DNA of 64,000 bases from positions 9,796,001 to 9,860,000 of the forward strand of contig CP075493.1 in NCBI GenBank assembly GCA_021613535.1, read 5' to 3'. The notes below the pieces were generated by a model, which saw nothing but the letters and a program-made list of their open reading frames with translations, did not search any database and had not been told where the DNA came from. This DNA comes from Adineta vaga (Eukaryota; Animalia; Rotifera). A program made the translations under genes and the position numbers. Position 1 is the stretch's first letter, and every line of letters begins with the position of its first letter. Positions 27,643 to 40,368 of the stretch are shown here, piece after piece.

Positions 27643-29674
27643 ATGGATCGATGTCGACGGTTGAGCACAGTAAGATTTCTTATTTAGGTACTTATTTTTG
27701 AGATATAGATATTGTTTTCAAGAATCAACTATCCGCTAGTTTTATTTATACAATGATTATAATTCTTTCTGTATCATTGTTAACAACTGTTGCATTATTA
27801 ATTTGGTATCTTTTTACACCTACATATTCTGATCATAGAAGTATTGTTTGTCCACCAAATCCATGTCAACCAACAACAACGACAATTATAAGCTCCACAG
27901 AGAGTAGTATTATACGTAAGTTTGTTTCGAAAAACATTATCATTGATTCGTCTCTTGATAGCAAGTTCATTGTCGAGTATTTCACAAACGTCGACATCCG
28001 TAAGACGGATTTATTGTATAAGATTTGATTATTATTAAATTTCATTGTAGATTTTCTCAACTGGATCAATAACAAATGGCAAAAAAAGTACATATAAAGA
28101 AGCATGTCATCATTTGTATGATTGTTATACCGAGTATGGATTATTATGCCTATATGGTTGGAATGAAAATCAATCTTGCTTATGTGAAGGATCTCATTAT
28201 TGGTCTGTTCAACAGAATAAATGTTGTAAGAAAGATAGCTTTTATACATTTCAGTGATGTTTCTTTTTCAATTTTTCTGTACATAGTACGAAAAGGTGAA
28301 CTAAATGATACCTGTGATACTGATTACCAATGTCATCGAGAAATTGGTTTTGTTTGTGATAAACTGCCTGATAGATTGACAAAAATATGTGTAAATCAAT
28401 AGATTTCTTCTCTTAATCAAAATTCATCTTATTCATGCATTTAGATATGTGCAGCAACTATTTATTGGGCAAAAGATTCTAATTGTGGTCGGTTTCTTGT
28501 ATTACAGCTTTGTTCATTTGTATGTTTATCTTGATTTAAAGGACAAACAATACTGCATCGTATTGTCGATTGTATTGATGAAATTCATGCGACAACGTGT
28601 TTGGTACTTGGAATGAATAGTGTCTATCATATGCTTACCATTCGATCATTGACACAAAGAGAACTTTCATTTGATTGGTTTCTAATCGATAATCGAATGC
28701 TCTTTGATTTACCACGTTTGAGTTGTAGTTTCAAGTAAAATTTTTCAATTTTTATTGTTTTCATCATTATCTATTTTTCTAATACTAGTAACGAAACAAG
28801 ATATTGTTTTGATTTAAGTATTCAAGATTCTCAACATTCTCTTAAACTCGCTCAATTTACACAAAAAGGTTTTCATAGTATCGAAGATCTAGGTGGTTTA
28901 AATCATGGTACGGCATTTGGTTTAACAGATGCGAATAGTGTTAGTGTCTATGTTCGAAATAATCAAAATATACTATATCGTCGAGTCATTGTTGATGATG
29001 AAGTTTTACCTGTTCATAATATTGCACCATCGGTAACAAGTGATCCAACATGTTACATTCAAGAATTAGAAATGACTCGACAGTTATATTGTTTTGCTCG
29101 AAATGAAATGTATGGTCTAAATGAATATGCTGAATTGTCAATAAATACTTGGCAATTAACACAATTAGGTTATGCGAGCGATCGAATTCGAAATGAAACA
29201 ATACCTGTTTGTAGTTATGTTGGACGTGTACATCGTTATTGTTTCGTTATTTTTGAAAATGGACAAATTTATCGAATTTTATATAATTCAAATGGTTGGA
29301 GTACATGGCAAGTGATTGGTAAAGAACAACAACAGTTTGTGAGTGAACCTGTATTTTTAACATCAAAATTATCAAATGAATCAAATTCTGATCAGACGTG
29401 TTATTTAATAGCGATTGATACAAATTATCAATTACAAATATCGACAAATTTAAATTGTGCAGTGTCAGATAATTTTAGTACATGGATTCCAATTGAAACA
29501 AATCGAAAATTTAAACAATTTGATAAAACCTTTCGATTACGTGATGGTAATATTGGTGTGTTAGGTATTGATGATGAAAATCGAGCTCATTATATATATC
29601 TCGATCCAGCAACGAATCGTTTTACATTACCGCAACCAGCATTTACTGTAAAACCAATACAATTTCGTCCTTAA
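27643..29674 (+). CDS. Type II membrane protein: TM anchor, Ser/Thr stalk, two Cys-rich EB-like modules, lectin-like beta-propeller repeats
   Basis: TM IIILSVSLLTTVALLIWYLF. EB-like CHHLYDC..GLLC..CLCEGSHYW..KC and CDTDYQC..GFVC..CICAATIYW..C. Repeats DLGG..VSVYVRNNQNILY, TSDPTC..LYCFARN and GWSTWQVIG..FVSEPV. Confidence 0.75.
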
Positions 29675-29814
29675 TATGTTCTTGATACATTCTGACTTTC
29701 TTCTTTTTTTTTGCATTAAATATATATGTATCAAATAGACTATCATATTTTGAATGAGTTTGTATTGGCGCCTTGCGAAGTCACGTAATTGATTGATCAT
29801 CAATTATTAGTGAA

Positions 29815-30342
29815 ATGTCTATTGACTATATAGGTAAATGATATTAATGATCATGTGTAATCATTTAGTTGTGTATGGTTTGAATAGGAATGGAGAAGGC
29901 ATTACCCATGTTTGTTTTAGGTGGTAGTTGTATTCTAGTTACTGCTCTTGTCTTTGGTATTCTTTGTGGAAATATGATACGAGCACGACGTTTGTTTCTC
30001 TTTTTTTCATATCTGTATGAAGAAAATAATTCTTATTAGGTAAAATTGAAAGACTTCAACGAGAAAATGAAGAAAATCAACAACATTTTCCAGTTTATCT
30101 CATTCATTCACACAGTCAAGATCTTCTCAAACTTCCGATAACAACCATCAAGTAAAATCCTTCTTTCTACATACAATTAGATCGATTCTTTTGTTCTTAG
30201 TAATACCAATCAAAGTGCTGCTACTCATTCATCCACAACAAACATGAATGAACATCAATCTTATCGAGCAATTATTTATGATCCAACATTTAAAATACAT
30301 CCATATCATAAATTTTCTGACAAACGCATTATTGAACTTTAA
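29815..30342 (+). CDS. Small (~125 aa) single-pass membrane protein, 4 exons, absent from the ORF track
   Basis: Three GT-AG introns give an open frame MSIDYIGMEKALPMFVLGGSCILVTALVFGILCGNMIRARRKIERLQRENEENQQHFPVYL...HKFSDKRIIEL*. Confidence 0.7.
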
Positions 30343-30524
30343 GATAAAACTATCTTCTTTTTTTTTATTAACGTTATCATCATCATCATCATCATCATCG
30401 TCATTCCAAATCTGTGCACAACAAAAAAAAACGAATACACACATCGATTTGGATCTGATGAGAAACAAAAGAAAAGAGAAAACCATAACCAAACGATAAA
30501 AAAGAAATATAAAAAGAAAACATG

Positions 30525-32120
30525 TCACTGTTCAAGATCACATGCTGAAAGAACACGATCCGATGGCATACATGGATGAGCATTCTTATATATAGATGTT
30601 CCAAACCAGTTTTCTAATGATGCCGGAAAACATGATTTATCTGTAAAAAGAGATAATGATCCTCCTTGTTGTCGAGTAGCTAAAAGAGAAATACAGTTTT
30701 GTTTTCTCTAAGAAAATTATTTTTCAAGTGACATACGTGATGGTGGTGCCGAATAGAAGTTTTGTTCATCATCATCATCTTTATGAATTTCAATACTTGG
30801 TGAAGCAGGTGTATCCATTGTTGTTGAACATTTAAGTAATTGAGCAAGAATATCCTGTTAATATATGTTTATTGTATGTATGAAATATAGTTTTGATAAA
30901 CAACATACTTTTCGAGGTTGATCAGATGTAGAAAACCAGTCGAGTGTTTTAGTTGAATTAGGTTTTGCTGGTGTTGATGGTGTACAGAATGCAGACAAAC
31001 CTTGTTGATAATGATGTCCTAATGATGATGAACCAGTTGACTAAAGATAAACAAGATTATTTACCATTGATACGAGTATAGAAAAATATACATACGACAT
31101 TCGTCATTTGTAATGAAGCCATTTTATGTTGTTCATGTCTAAGGATAGAACAAAAATGTGATTTAGTTCTGTTTTTGATAATGAAAAATTACTGTTGAAG
31201 TCGTTGAGCAGCGAACAGACGTTGTAAAATTGGAATTGTCTCATCGATTTGTTCATTTTCTCCTTCGGAAATTGTTTGATAAGTCGGTAGAAGCGATTTG
31301 ATTTGCTTGGTATATATTTCACATTGATTAGGATTTTGTCTTTCATAAGGCATTGAAGGTTGTGGTGGAAAATGATGTCGAGCTGGTTTCAATTGCATTT
31401 CTTGATGACTATAATCATCAATCCAAACATGGGATGGTTGAGTTTGATAAGGAAATAATAATGTTGATGGTTGATGACGTGTTGCAACGGATGTTAGAGC
31501 AGCAACTTGTTGAGGTGTTAATGGATCTTTCGGACGACGACTTTTTACTTTCTAAAAAGATGACTTTCGCATTGAAAACAGAAAAACGAAATGTCATGAA
31601 TTTACTTCAATGACAACAGGATCAGAAAAATCATATTTATGTATTCTACTTGGTAGAATTGGTCCATCAGACATATTGAATGATTCCACATCGAATTGTC
31701 CAGCTTTTTCTACTAACATTCGATCGAGATCGATATAATTTTCTTCACTAAAAACAAATCATCTCTTATAAACAATAATAAATACTTTTCCGAATAATAT
31801 TTACTCGAGAAAACGTCGTTCAATAAGATGTTCAGGAAATATGGTTATTTCCGTTGGTGGTCGTAAAGAAAGCAATGTTGCCTATAAAAAACAACAAATC
31901 TGAATTTTTCAATAGATTAAAAACAAGAATAATAACAAACAGTTGTATAACGATATGGCATACGAGTATAGTTCATCATTGTATGTTGTGCTGTCGATGG
32001 AGTTCGAGTAGTTGTTGATGATGCTGACATAGGGGTTGGTAATGATGATAGAAAATGAGATGTATTGAAAGCTGTTGATGAATGTAAATCCATGTCTCTT
32101 CGAAGATCACCGAGCAACAT
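30525..32120 (-). CDS. Uncharacterised Ser/Thr/Pro/Gln-rich intracellular protein, multi-exon
   Basis: Spliceable exons from MLLGDLRRDMDLHSS..YTT-ATLLSLRPP..EENYIDLDRMLVEKAGQFD.. to ..PSDRVLSACDLEQ*. No family recognised. Confidence 0.65.
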
Positions 32121-32599
32121 GATTCTAATAGATAAGGGAAATGTAAATAGTAGTAGATCAGCAGAATGTATTCAGAAACGGACGAACGAATGAATATAAC
32201 GGTACGAGTACGAAAAGATGACACGTGTTACTAGAATTTTCTCTTTTCTCTCTTCTTCGAACGAGAGAAGAAAACAAAGAGAAATTGTAGTCGTTATATT
32301 CACTTAATTTATTCATATTTTTCAGAATTAATATTCATTGTTAACATTCAAATGATAAATAAAAAAATCAGAATATGAAAAAAATCGTCTTGTGACTGTA
32401 TGATAAATGCAAGAAAAATCAACACGGAGGTTTACATTGTATCTTGGAATGGATATGATAGACAAACCAATCGAAAACCATACGAAAATTCATCATCGAT
32501 GAACAGATCAACGTATGATACTTGGAGTATATGCTATAGAGTGTTGTAACTTCAAATTCACTATAAGAAAAAGCTAAAATCTTGCAGAAGATGTGATTT

Positions 32600-33855
32600 T
32601 CTTTTGAAACAAGCAGTAATAATACTACAGATTGCGAATCATTCAATAAATACAAAGTGCAATAAAGCATTATCGAAAGCTTTTATTCGTCGATTGTTAT
32701 AGTGTTGTCTGATAGTTTCAGGATCGTACGGGCAAGAATTTGTACCTCAATTACATAACATGTCGCAATTAGATTCGATTTCTGCCTTCTGTGGAAATAA
32801 GAAACTTCATGAAAAATGGGTAAAAAAATGGCCAAAAATAAAGGGTATTTTCACCGAAATAAGATCGATCTGTGAAGCACTGAAACAAGCAGCTAAACAA
32901 TGTGAACAAAACGCCATGCCTCTGCGTTTTGTGACAATAAATTATTCGTCAAAAATAAACAAGAGTTGAAGAATATCGAGAAATTCAAATACGAATACCA
33001 TCAGAAAACACCGATATGGTGGTATACTTATGAGTGTTTCTTATATCCTATGCTTAACCGTGCATTACGAGAGATGGATGGCAATGTTATTATGCGAATG
33101 AGTTTTTTCATTAAGGATTTACATCGACATATTGAACAATTACACAAACAACAATACAACAGTCAATCTTCTGCTCAGATTCTCATAGTCACTATCGAAA
33201 TGAAGATGAAGTTCTCTTTACTATGCATACCGTCTTTCGTATTTTTAACATTAAACCACTGAGTGAATTTGAAGGAAGTTACGAAGTACAATTGACAATA
33301 ACGAATGACAATGACAAAGAATTATGCGCACTTACGAATCGTATTCGAGAAGAAAGTTTTCCACATAATGAAGGGTGTTTTAGATTAGGCTTGGTATTAA
33401 ACTACATAGGTCAGTCCGATACGGTCGAGATTATCTATACAATTTTGCTTAGCGAAGCTAGGAGTGAGAAAGAAAAGACACCAATCTACAATCAGTTGGG
33501 TTGGATCAAACATAATCAAGGAGAATATCAAGAGACTGTTCCAGTCAATCATTGTGATTTGGCCACAATTTAAAGTAATATGGGTATTGTATATCAAAGT
33601 ATAAATAATAATCCCAAGGCGATTTCAGGTCATGAAAAAGCTCTTACAATTCGACAGCGAATTTTTCCTTCCAATCATTCTGATCTAGCTGCATCCTACA
33701 ATAACATTGGTGTAATCTATGAAACCATAAATAATAATTCGAAAGCCTATTCCTTCTATGAACGTGTCGACGAAATTGCTCAAAAATCATTACCTACCGG
33801 TCATTTCGATCTACAAAAATGGACAAAGAATCTTGAACGTATAAAAAAGAAATAG
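32600..33855 (+). pseudogene. Degenerate ART (ADP-ribosyltransferase)-TPR family gene
   Basis: Family motifs LIVSGSYGQEFVPQLH..QLDSI.AFCGNK..HEKW, PIWWYTYECFLYPMLNRALR, EDEVLFTMHTVFRI and TPRs (NHSDLAASYNNIG) are spread over several frames with stops and internal deletions. Confidence 0.85.
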
Positions 33856-34389
33856 AAGTTTTATTTAAAAATAATCGACACATTGATATGAATACTGGTC
33901 AGTATAATCATAAGTATATCTCAAGGATCCTTTTTAACCTTTCTATTGCAGTAGATTTCCGATATTCCATGAATAAAAGATAAGGATTAGTTCATCACAC
34001 AAATATATGAGGAAGAAGATATGTATTTACGAATATTGACCACGAATGTCGCATTGTTATTTTTAAACCGATTGAAAGATAATTACAAATAAATTGGAGA
34101 GTCATAATACTGCATGACGATAGATTTCAATCGAGTTTGTCTCTCATATTATTTATCAAAACTCGCTATTCATTCGTAATCTCTAAATAAACTTTCGTAC
34201 TCTAAAAAAGACTACAGTTCAAATAATTAAAGCGTGAATCAAGTTGAATACAATTTCGATGTGATAAATATGATAGTTCCGCCGATATCGTGTTCAAAAT
34301 ACTACTCACGTCAGAGAAAATTATCTTTTACAAAAAAAAGACGTTTATGTAGAATCACCCTCAAGAAACAAAGGAGAGTTAAATATGTT

Positions 34390-34880
34390 TTGAATTACTA
34401 AATATCAATAATATATATAAATCTATCGTAACCGATTTCAAATAAACATTGGTGTATACATATATATATATAATATTGAGCAAATAATCACAGTTTAAAA
34501 GCACGTCAAAATAAAGATATTGAAAAACGTCTATATCATGAATATCCTGAGCACGAAACTATTGAAATTCTTGATGATTAGATTAATAGAAGTTTTGCTA
34601 ATATTTATGGTAAATTTAATCGCGAGATTTTTTCACTTTCTCTACTATATACAGTCATATTTAGAAACGGTAAATGGTATTAGCCTCCACTTTTCTTCAA
34701 ATGCAGTTTATAGTTACGATTACACACGATTGAATGGAAATGGAGAACAGTATGTGTTTTTCGCTCAAGTTCTCATTGAAAACTAGACCTCTCAAATTTT
34801 ATTTAACAACCGATAGAAATTATATTTTTGTTACTTATTACAATGCTCAAGATTATGCTGAATAATTAATTCACATACAT
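34390..34880 (+). pseudogene. PARP catalytic domain relic (mono-ART type)
   Basis: EKRLYHEYP..D*INRSFA-(intron ~34610-34664)-TVNGISLHFSSNAVYSYDYT..NGEQYVFFAQVL..*..TTDRNYIFVTYYNAQDYAE*LI follows the PARP consensus LFHG/FNRSFA/YGxGxYF/MFxxRVL/IFV/QxYPEYLI, with stops and a frameshift. Confidence 0.8.
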
Positions 34881-34910
34881 TTTCATCAGATCAGTTAGTA
34901 TACTCTACAA

Positions 34911-35579
34911 CTATAAATCATGACTATGCGTTTCATATTTAATCAATTTTTTTAATGTGACATTCGTCATTCTTGAATAAACTATCGTACTCTTGTAGAT
35001 CGTTTCTTCTGATAATACCGTACCAGTTCGTACATCCATATTTTTGTTTATCCAATAATGATTAGGTATTGCTTCACCACGTGATGTAATTGTTCCAACC
35101 ATTTCGATATCGAATGTAATTACTTCAGTACCGTATTTATCGCTTTCATAGATACCAGTAATAGTAATTAGTTTGTCCAGATTCGTAAGAGATTTCAATA
35201 GCCAACGATTACCAACAGAATATTCAGGTAAAAAGAATTCAATTTCATTTGAAAAATATTCACGAATACGTTGTGAAAGTAAACGACGAGTAGCACGATC
35301 GTCAGAAGGTGTATAACGTACAGAAGTATAAGTTTTTTCATATTCAGCACTGATGTTTGTTATTGGATCAGGCAATTCCACGATACGTATAATGTAAATT
35401 GTTTCTTCGTATTGAACTTTCTTCTCACCAGTGAGTAAATTGACCATAGTCGATGATTTATTTTCAGCATACGTATATTTATCTCCTAAAAGATAACGAT
35501 GTTAAATGTGCACTGATGCGATAGCGCGTCTCCATAATACAAAGTTAAAAAGAAACAATAAAGTTATACCGACTTTCAT
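34911..35579 (-). CDS. Uncharacterised beta-rich protein resembling bacterial DUF6263-like proteins; 5' end ambiguous
   Basis: 178-aa uninterrupted ORF extends upstream through GDKYTYAE to an ATG at 35579, either across a TAA (35502-35504) or via an 84-nt intron. Motifs FLPEYSVGNRW and MDVRTGTVLSEET. Confidence 0.55.
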
Positions 35580-35920
35580 TATAAATTTCTAGTCCTTAAC
35601 AATCCTTCCTTTCTATATACATACGAAATTTTTTCTCCATAAGGTATGCAAATAATCCTTGCTTATTTATATGGAATGTTCTGATATATTTTTCTATACT
35701 TTAACAAATAAAATATCACATATTATCTTTCTCTATCTCTCATCGAAAATTAGAGAATATCCTTTGGATTTGATGAAAAAGATCAATCAGCCAACGTATT
35801 TTTCAATATTTATAATATAAAATCGATATCAAAAATGGAAAAATAATTTAGAAAAATCTTTGTATAAAAATATTTCGGAGAGGGATAATCATGTAAATGT
35901 CTACGTGTCCGCTTTTTCCT

Positions 35921-36427
35921 TTAGAGTATTGTAGGTACAAGATAACCAGAATGTGATGTTCCAGCTAATTTATGTCGATTCCAATAATTTTCCGGCAAGT
36001 TTCTGCCTATTTCAGTTTCATTATTATGGTACCATGTAAAATCAGGTTGTTTCGTATGAAATGAATTATTATAATCTGATGTATCTTCATCAAAACGCAT
36101 GGTTGTACCGCCACATACTTCATCGCGACGTCTATCATTAAGTCGTTGTGTTGGATCTAGAAGACAATGATAGGATGAAGGCATTGGTCGAAGAAGTCGA
36201 TAATCTCTTGCAACATGATCACGATGAAGATCTGGTCGAGATATTAATGCTGGACAATGGATTGATTCTGCTAGACTTGATGGTGAACCATATGTTTGTG
36301 GTCCACGTAAGGATGTTACGGGTGGTGGAAAAAGTTGAACACGATGTTCAGCTTGTAAACGTTCTTGTTCCCAATCGAATATACCAGATCGATTGATAAA
36401 TGGTACATGAGGTTCTCGTAAATACAT
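35921..36427 (-). CDS. Uncharacterised 168-aa protein, possibly ciliary
   Basis: Single ATG-stop ORF with coding-like composition, head-to-head with GPAA1. X-box-like element at 36505-36517. Confidence 0.65.
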   Translation of the reverse strand: MYLREPHVPFINRSGIFDWEQERLQAEHRVQLFPPPVTSLRGPQTYGSPSSLAESIHCPALISRPDLHRDHVARDYRLLRPMPSSYHCLLDPTQRLNDRRRDEVCGGTTMRFDEDTSDYNNSFHTKQPDFTWYHNNETEIGRNLPENYWNRHKLAGTSHSGYLVPTIL

Positions 36428-36695
36428 GATGTTTCAATGTAGAAAAGTAGACGAAATGTATGCCTTGAAATATGAATTATTTGCTTTCGCCATTTATGTT
36501 GTACATATCTAAGCAACCTTCTTCGTAAGAAATATTGTGTGTGCTTTCATTCGATATATCAATCAACCAGTCAAAAACGAATGAAAAATATTGAGCAAAT
36601 AAAAACTTGAAACGAAAGGACGAACAAATGAAGAATTCATTCGACCGAAGCTTGAATAAGTTGTTGCTTTTTCCCTACGTTTATCTATATTTTAG

Positions 36696-38556
36696 ATGCC
36701 TCTTCTAAGCAATTTATTAGCAAAAGATATTCCACAAACTTTCTACAAACTTCAACTTCATGTCTACGCTAGTTTCTTTTTCTTCGGACTGTTAGGTTTT
36801 ATCTATTTGATTTCACCTGTTGTTAGTCGACGGACTTATTTATCTGAAAATGCTCTTTCACCTGGTCTAGTAACAAATGATATATTCATTTCCAATGAAC
36901 AAATACGTCAAATCATCGGTCAATTACGAACTGGTTATAAAGAAAAAAACATCTCTGATGTCATTCAATCAATGTTATTAGAACATGGTATTGAAGCCTA
37001 TAAACAAACTCTTGATAGAAATTCTACAGAAGAAAATATCTATGGTATTGTACGAGCACCAAGATTAGCATCGACAGAATCCATTATTCTTGTCGCTCCA
37101 CTTCATGCACGACTTCAAAGCAATTCTCAACAATTCAAAGCAAATCTATTTGGTAAAAATGATTTCAATAAAAAAAAATTAATTTTTCTAACATTGGTTG
37201 TTTCTAGGAATTGCTCATACATTAGCAATTGGTTTTGCATTAAATCGTAAACCATATATGGCAAAAGATATAATCCTTCTGTTTCCTGCTCAATCTGAAA
37301 ATGGAACACGTGTTTGGTTAGATGCTTATTTTAATACAAAACCTGATTCAATTCCACTTGATGCACATGCTGGTTCAATTCAAGCTGGTTTAGCTCTAGA
37401 ATTTCCTCATGAAAAATTCTATTCAATTGATCTTCGTCATAATGGTATCAATGGACAGTTACCAAATCTTGATTTAATCAATACCATTGTACATTTATGT
37501 GATAAAAATTCGATTCCTGCATCATTCTATGATATCTATATTGATTTATCATCGAATGAATTGTATATTGAATATATGAAAAAATCCTCACGAACTTTAT
37601 TAATCAATACATTAACATTGGCAATTGGAATACCGAATGGTGTTCACGGACAATTTTTACATTATCGAATTGAAATGATTACACTCTATGGAAGTTTAAC
37701 AAAACGTGATCAATATCAAACATCTCCAGTAACTATTCGAGCATTTGACGATGTTATTGAAGGTTTTATACGAAGTTTAAATAATCTACTTGAACGTTTT
37801 CATCAATCATTTTTCTTCTATCTTCATATTAATCGTCGAAATTTTGTTTCAATTGCTACCTATATGATTCCACTTGGCTTAATTGTTGCGCCAGCATTAC
37901 TTCGATCATTAGTACTCTACATGTCGTTTTTTACATCGTCGGGAACATCATCAACTATGTACATAACACATGGTCGTACAATGAAATTTGATATGAATTA
38001 TTCGAGTATGTTTCTGGAGATTTTAGAATGTGTAGCATTATCATATGTTTTAATTTGGATACCAATGAAATTACCTTATTTGATCATTTGTCAACTAACT
38101 ATGTCTGTTAGTCCAATACTTCTTCGACCATTTCGTTCAACTGAACGACAATTTGATTATTTTCAATTTATTTTGTTATTAACTGGTTCAGCTCTCTTAG
38201 GTTGTCTTTCATTATTGAATTATTCCATGGCTTTTCTAGCTGCTTGTTTTTTAATGCCATGTTATTTATTTGCTGGTTGTTCGAAATTTAATCATTCGAT
38301 TGTCAAATTATTCTGTCGATTTTTGTTTCTAACCATTCTTAATCCATTAGTTTTCCTTGCGTTTTATCATTATCTAGCAAGATTATTAATGATTGGTAAC
38401 TTTATTTTACCAAATTTCAATCAATTATCTAATGATCTTGATATCTACATTGCATCCTATCGTTTATATAATGCCTGGACAGTCGATGTAGTTTGTTTAA
38501 CAATTGTACCCATATGGTTCTTACTCTATCGATCAACATATTGGATTCAAATATAA
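36696..38556 (+). CDS. GPAA1: GPI transamidase component GAA1, two exons (intron 37153-37207)
   Basis: RTYLSENAL.PG, NIYGIVRAPR.ASTESI, AKDII, GSIQA, GINGQLPNLDLIN and RSLNNLLERFHQSFFFY, followed by a multi-TM C-terminus. Confidence 0.96.
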
Positions 38557-38717
38557 ATGTTTATTCATAAACTGTTGACAAAACGCAATAAAACTGTTTT
38601 TTGCGTGTATATAAGACAATATTTCTGTTCAACGCTCTTTTTTTTTTGTTCACTGATTGCAATAAAAGTCTAACATTCTTCTTATTCTTACAAAAAAGAA
38701 CGGATTAAATAAAAATA

Positions 38718-40368
38718 ATGCTTCAAAGATTAGATATCAACATAAGGTTGATTATTTTTAGATGATCCATGAAACAATCATCTCAAATTCATTCATTTCA
38801 CCATCATTATCTTCAATCTGTGAAAACGAACTCAATTGTTCCAATTCTGCATATTTCTCCTGTCATCATTGTCCGAAATTTTTGTGCTTAAAACATTTAA
38901 TAGAACACAATACTTTGAATAATATTCGAGCTGATGAATTATCAAATGAAATAGAAAATGTCACTGAATGTCTTTCAAAACTAGATACATATCAATCATG
39001 TCAAGATGCACGTGATAAACTTGATCGATGGAAAGATGAAATACTTAGTCATATTGAACGTGTTTATGAACAGCAATTAAATGAAATTAATCAATTCGAA
39101 ACAGAATTGAAACATCGTTTGAATATTTTCAGAGAGAATATTAATATAAATCTATCAAATCTACAAACACAATTAAATAATTTCCGAGCTGATGAACAAA
39201 TCTCTCGACATGTAATTAACTTCGATTGTTCTTTTTATTCATTGAATTTTTTCGTTTTGTTTTTTCTTTCTATAGCAACTATCATCCATCGAATCGAATG
39301 TTCAACAAATTCGACAATGCATGAATTCTGTTACATGTGAAATATATTTAGATATAAAAGAGATTTCTTGGCACAATCTATTGAATATTTCTAATGCATT
39401 TACATACGATCGAATATTAACAAATATAACGCAAATACAACCTTATCGAACATTATCACTTGAAAATATAAATGAATTTATATCGAATAAAACATATGGT
39501 TCTATTTTATGTTTGGATATGCAACGACAATTGTATTATATTGATAAACATTTTAAAACGCATCTCTTAACAGGTTAATTGATGCGAATATTGGTTTATT
39601 TTAACTATTTTTTCTCATTTTCTAGTACCACAAACGACATTGATGCAATATCAAACGAGAATTCCTAATATTCATATTGTAGATATTAAATGGTGTTCAT
39701 TTGCAAAAATCTTTCTGATTCTTTTTCCACAATGTTTATTTTCATTTAATGATAAAACTGGTAAATTTACACATATTTCTTTAACTCGATACAAAGATTA
39801 TCCGTAAGAACGAAATAAATCTTAGATTGTTTAATCTAATCGATTATACTATTTTTCATTTAGTTTTCATTGTATATCTTGTTTCGATGAAAATTCATTT
39901 TATATTTCATATAGTACATCTAATATTTGTGTTGAATTATGGAAATATTCATTGAATAATAGTAATGAAATTACTATGAATGAATATTGTTTTAAATTTT
40001 GGGATCAGTTAACGAATGATAAAAATGAATGGATATCACATATGAATACGAATAGTATTGGTCAGTTAGGTTTGATTATTCAACGTGGTTCATCAATTTA
40101 TCGACGTTTTGAACTTCGTGATAAATATTTAAATTTCTTGAAAAAAATTCAATTGAATAATGATTATATTACTGCAGTTATACCATTTCGAACTCATTAT
40201 TGGTTAATCAAAAGTTTAGCGGAAAAATTCTATATTTATTCAATAGAAACAGATACATGTATTTTATCAACATTTGATTTTCCTTTTGGATTGCAAGAAT
40301 ATGGAAAGAATTCAATTGTAATTGGTATGCAAGAAAGAAAATTAGTAATATGTGATATTTTATTTTGA
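38718..40368 (+). CDS. B-box-like Zn motif, coiled coil and beta-rich C-terminal domain protein, multi-exon
   Basis: C-x5-C..CHHC..LCLKHLIEH, heptad-rich helix (LDRWKDE...QQLNEINQF), then beta-strand repeats (IVDIKWCSF, FHCISC, RRFELRD). Confidence 0.7.

Noticed and set aside
10038-34880. Functional link between the TRPM channel (ADP-ribose gating as in TRPM2) and the ART/PARP relics
   Set aside because: The genes are ~18 kb apart with unrelated genes between them, the channel lacks NUDT9-H, and the ARTs are non-functional.
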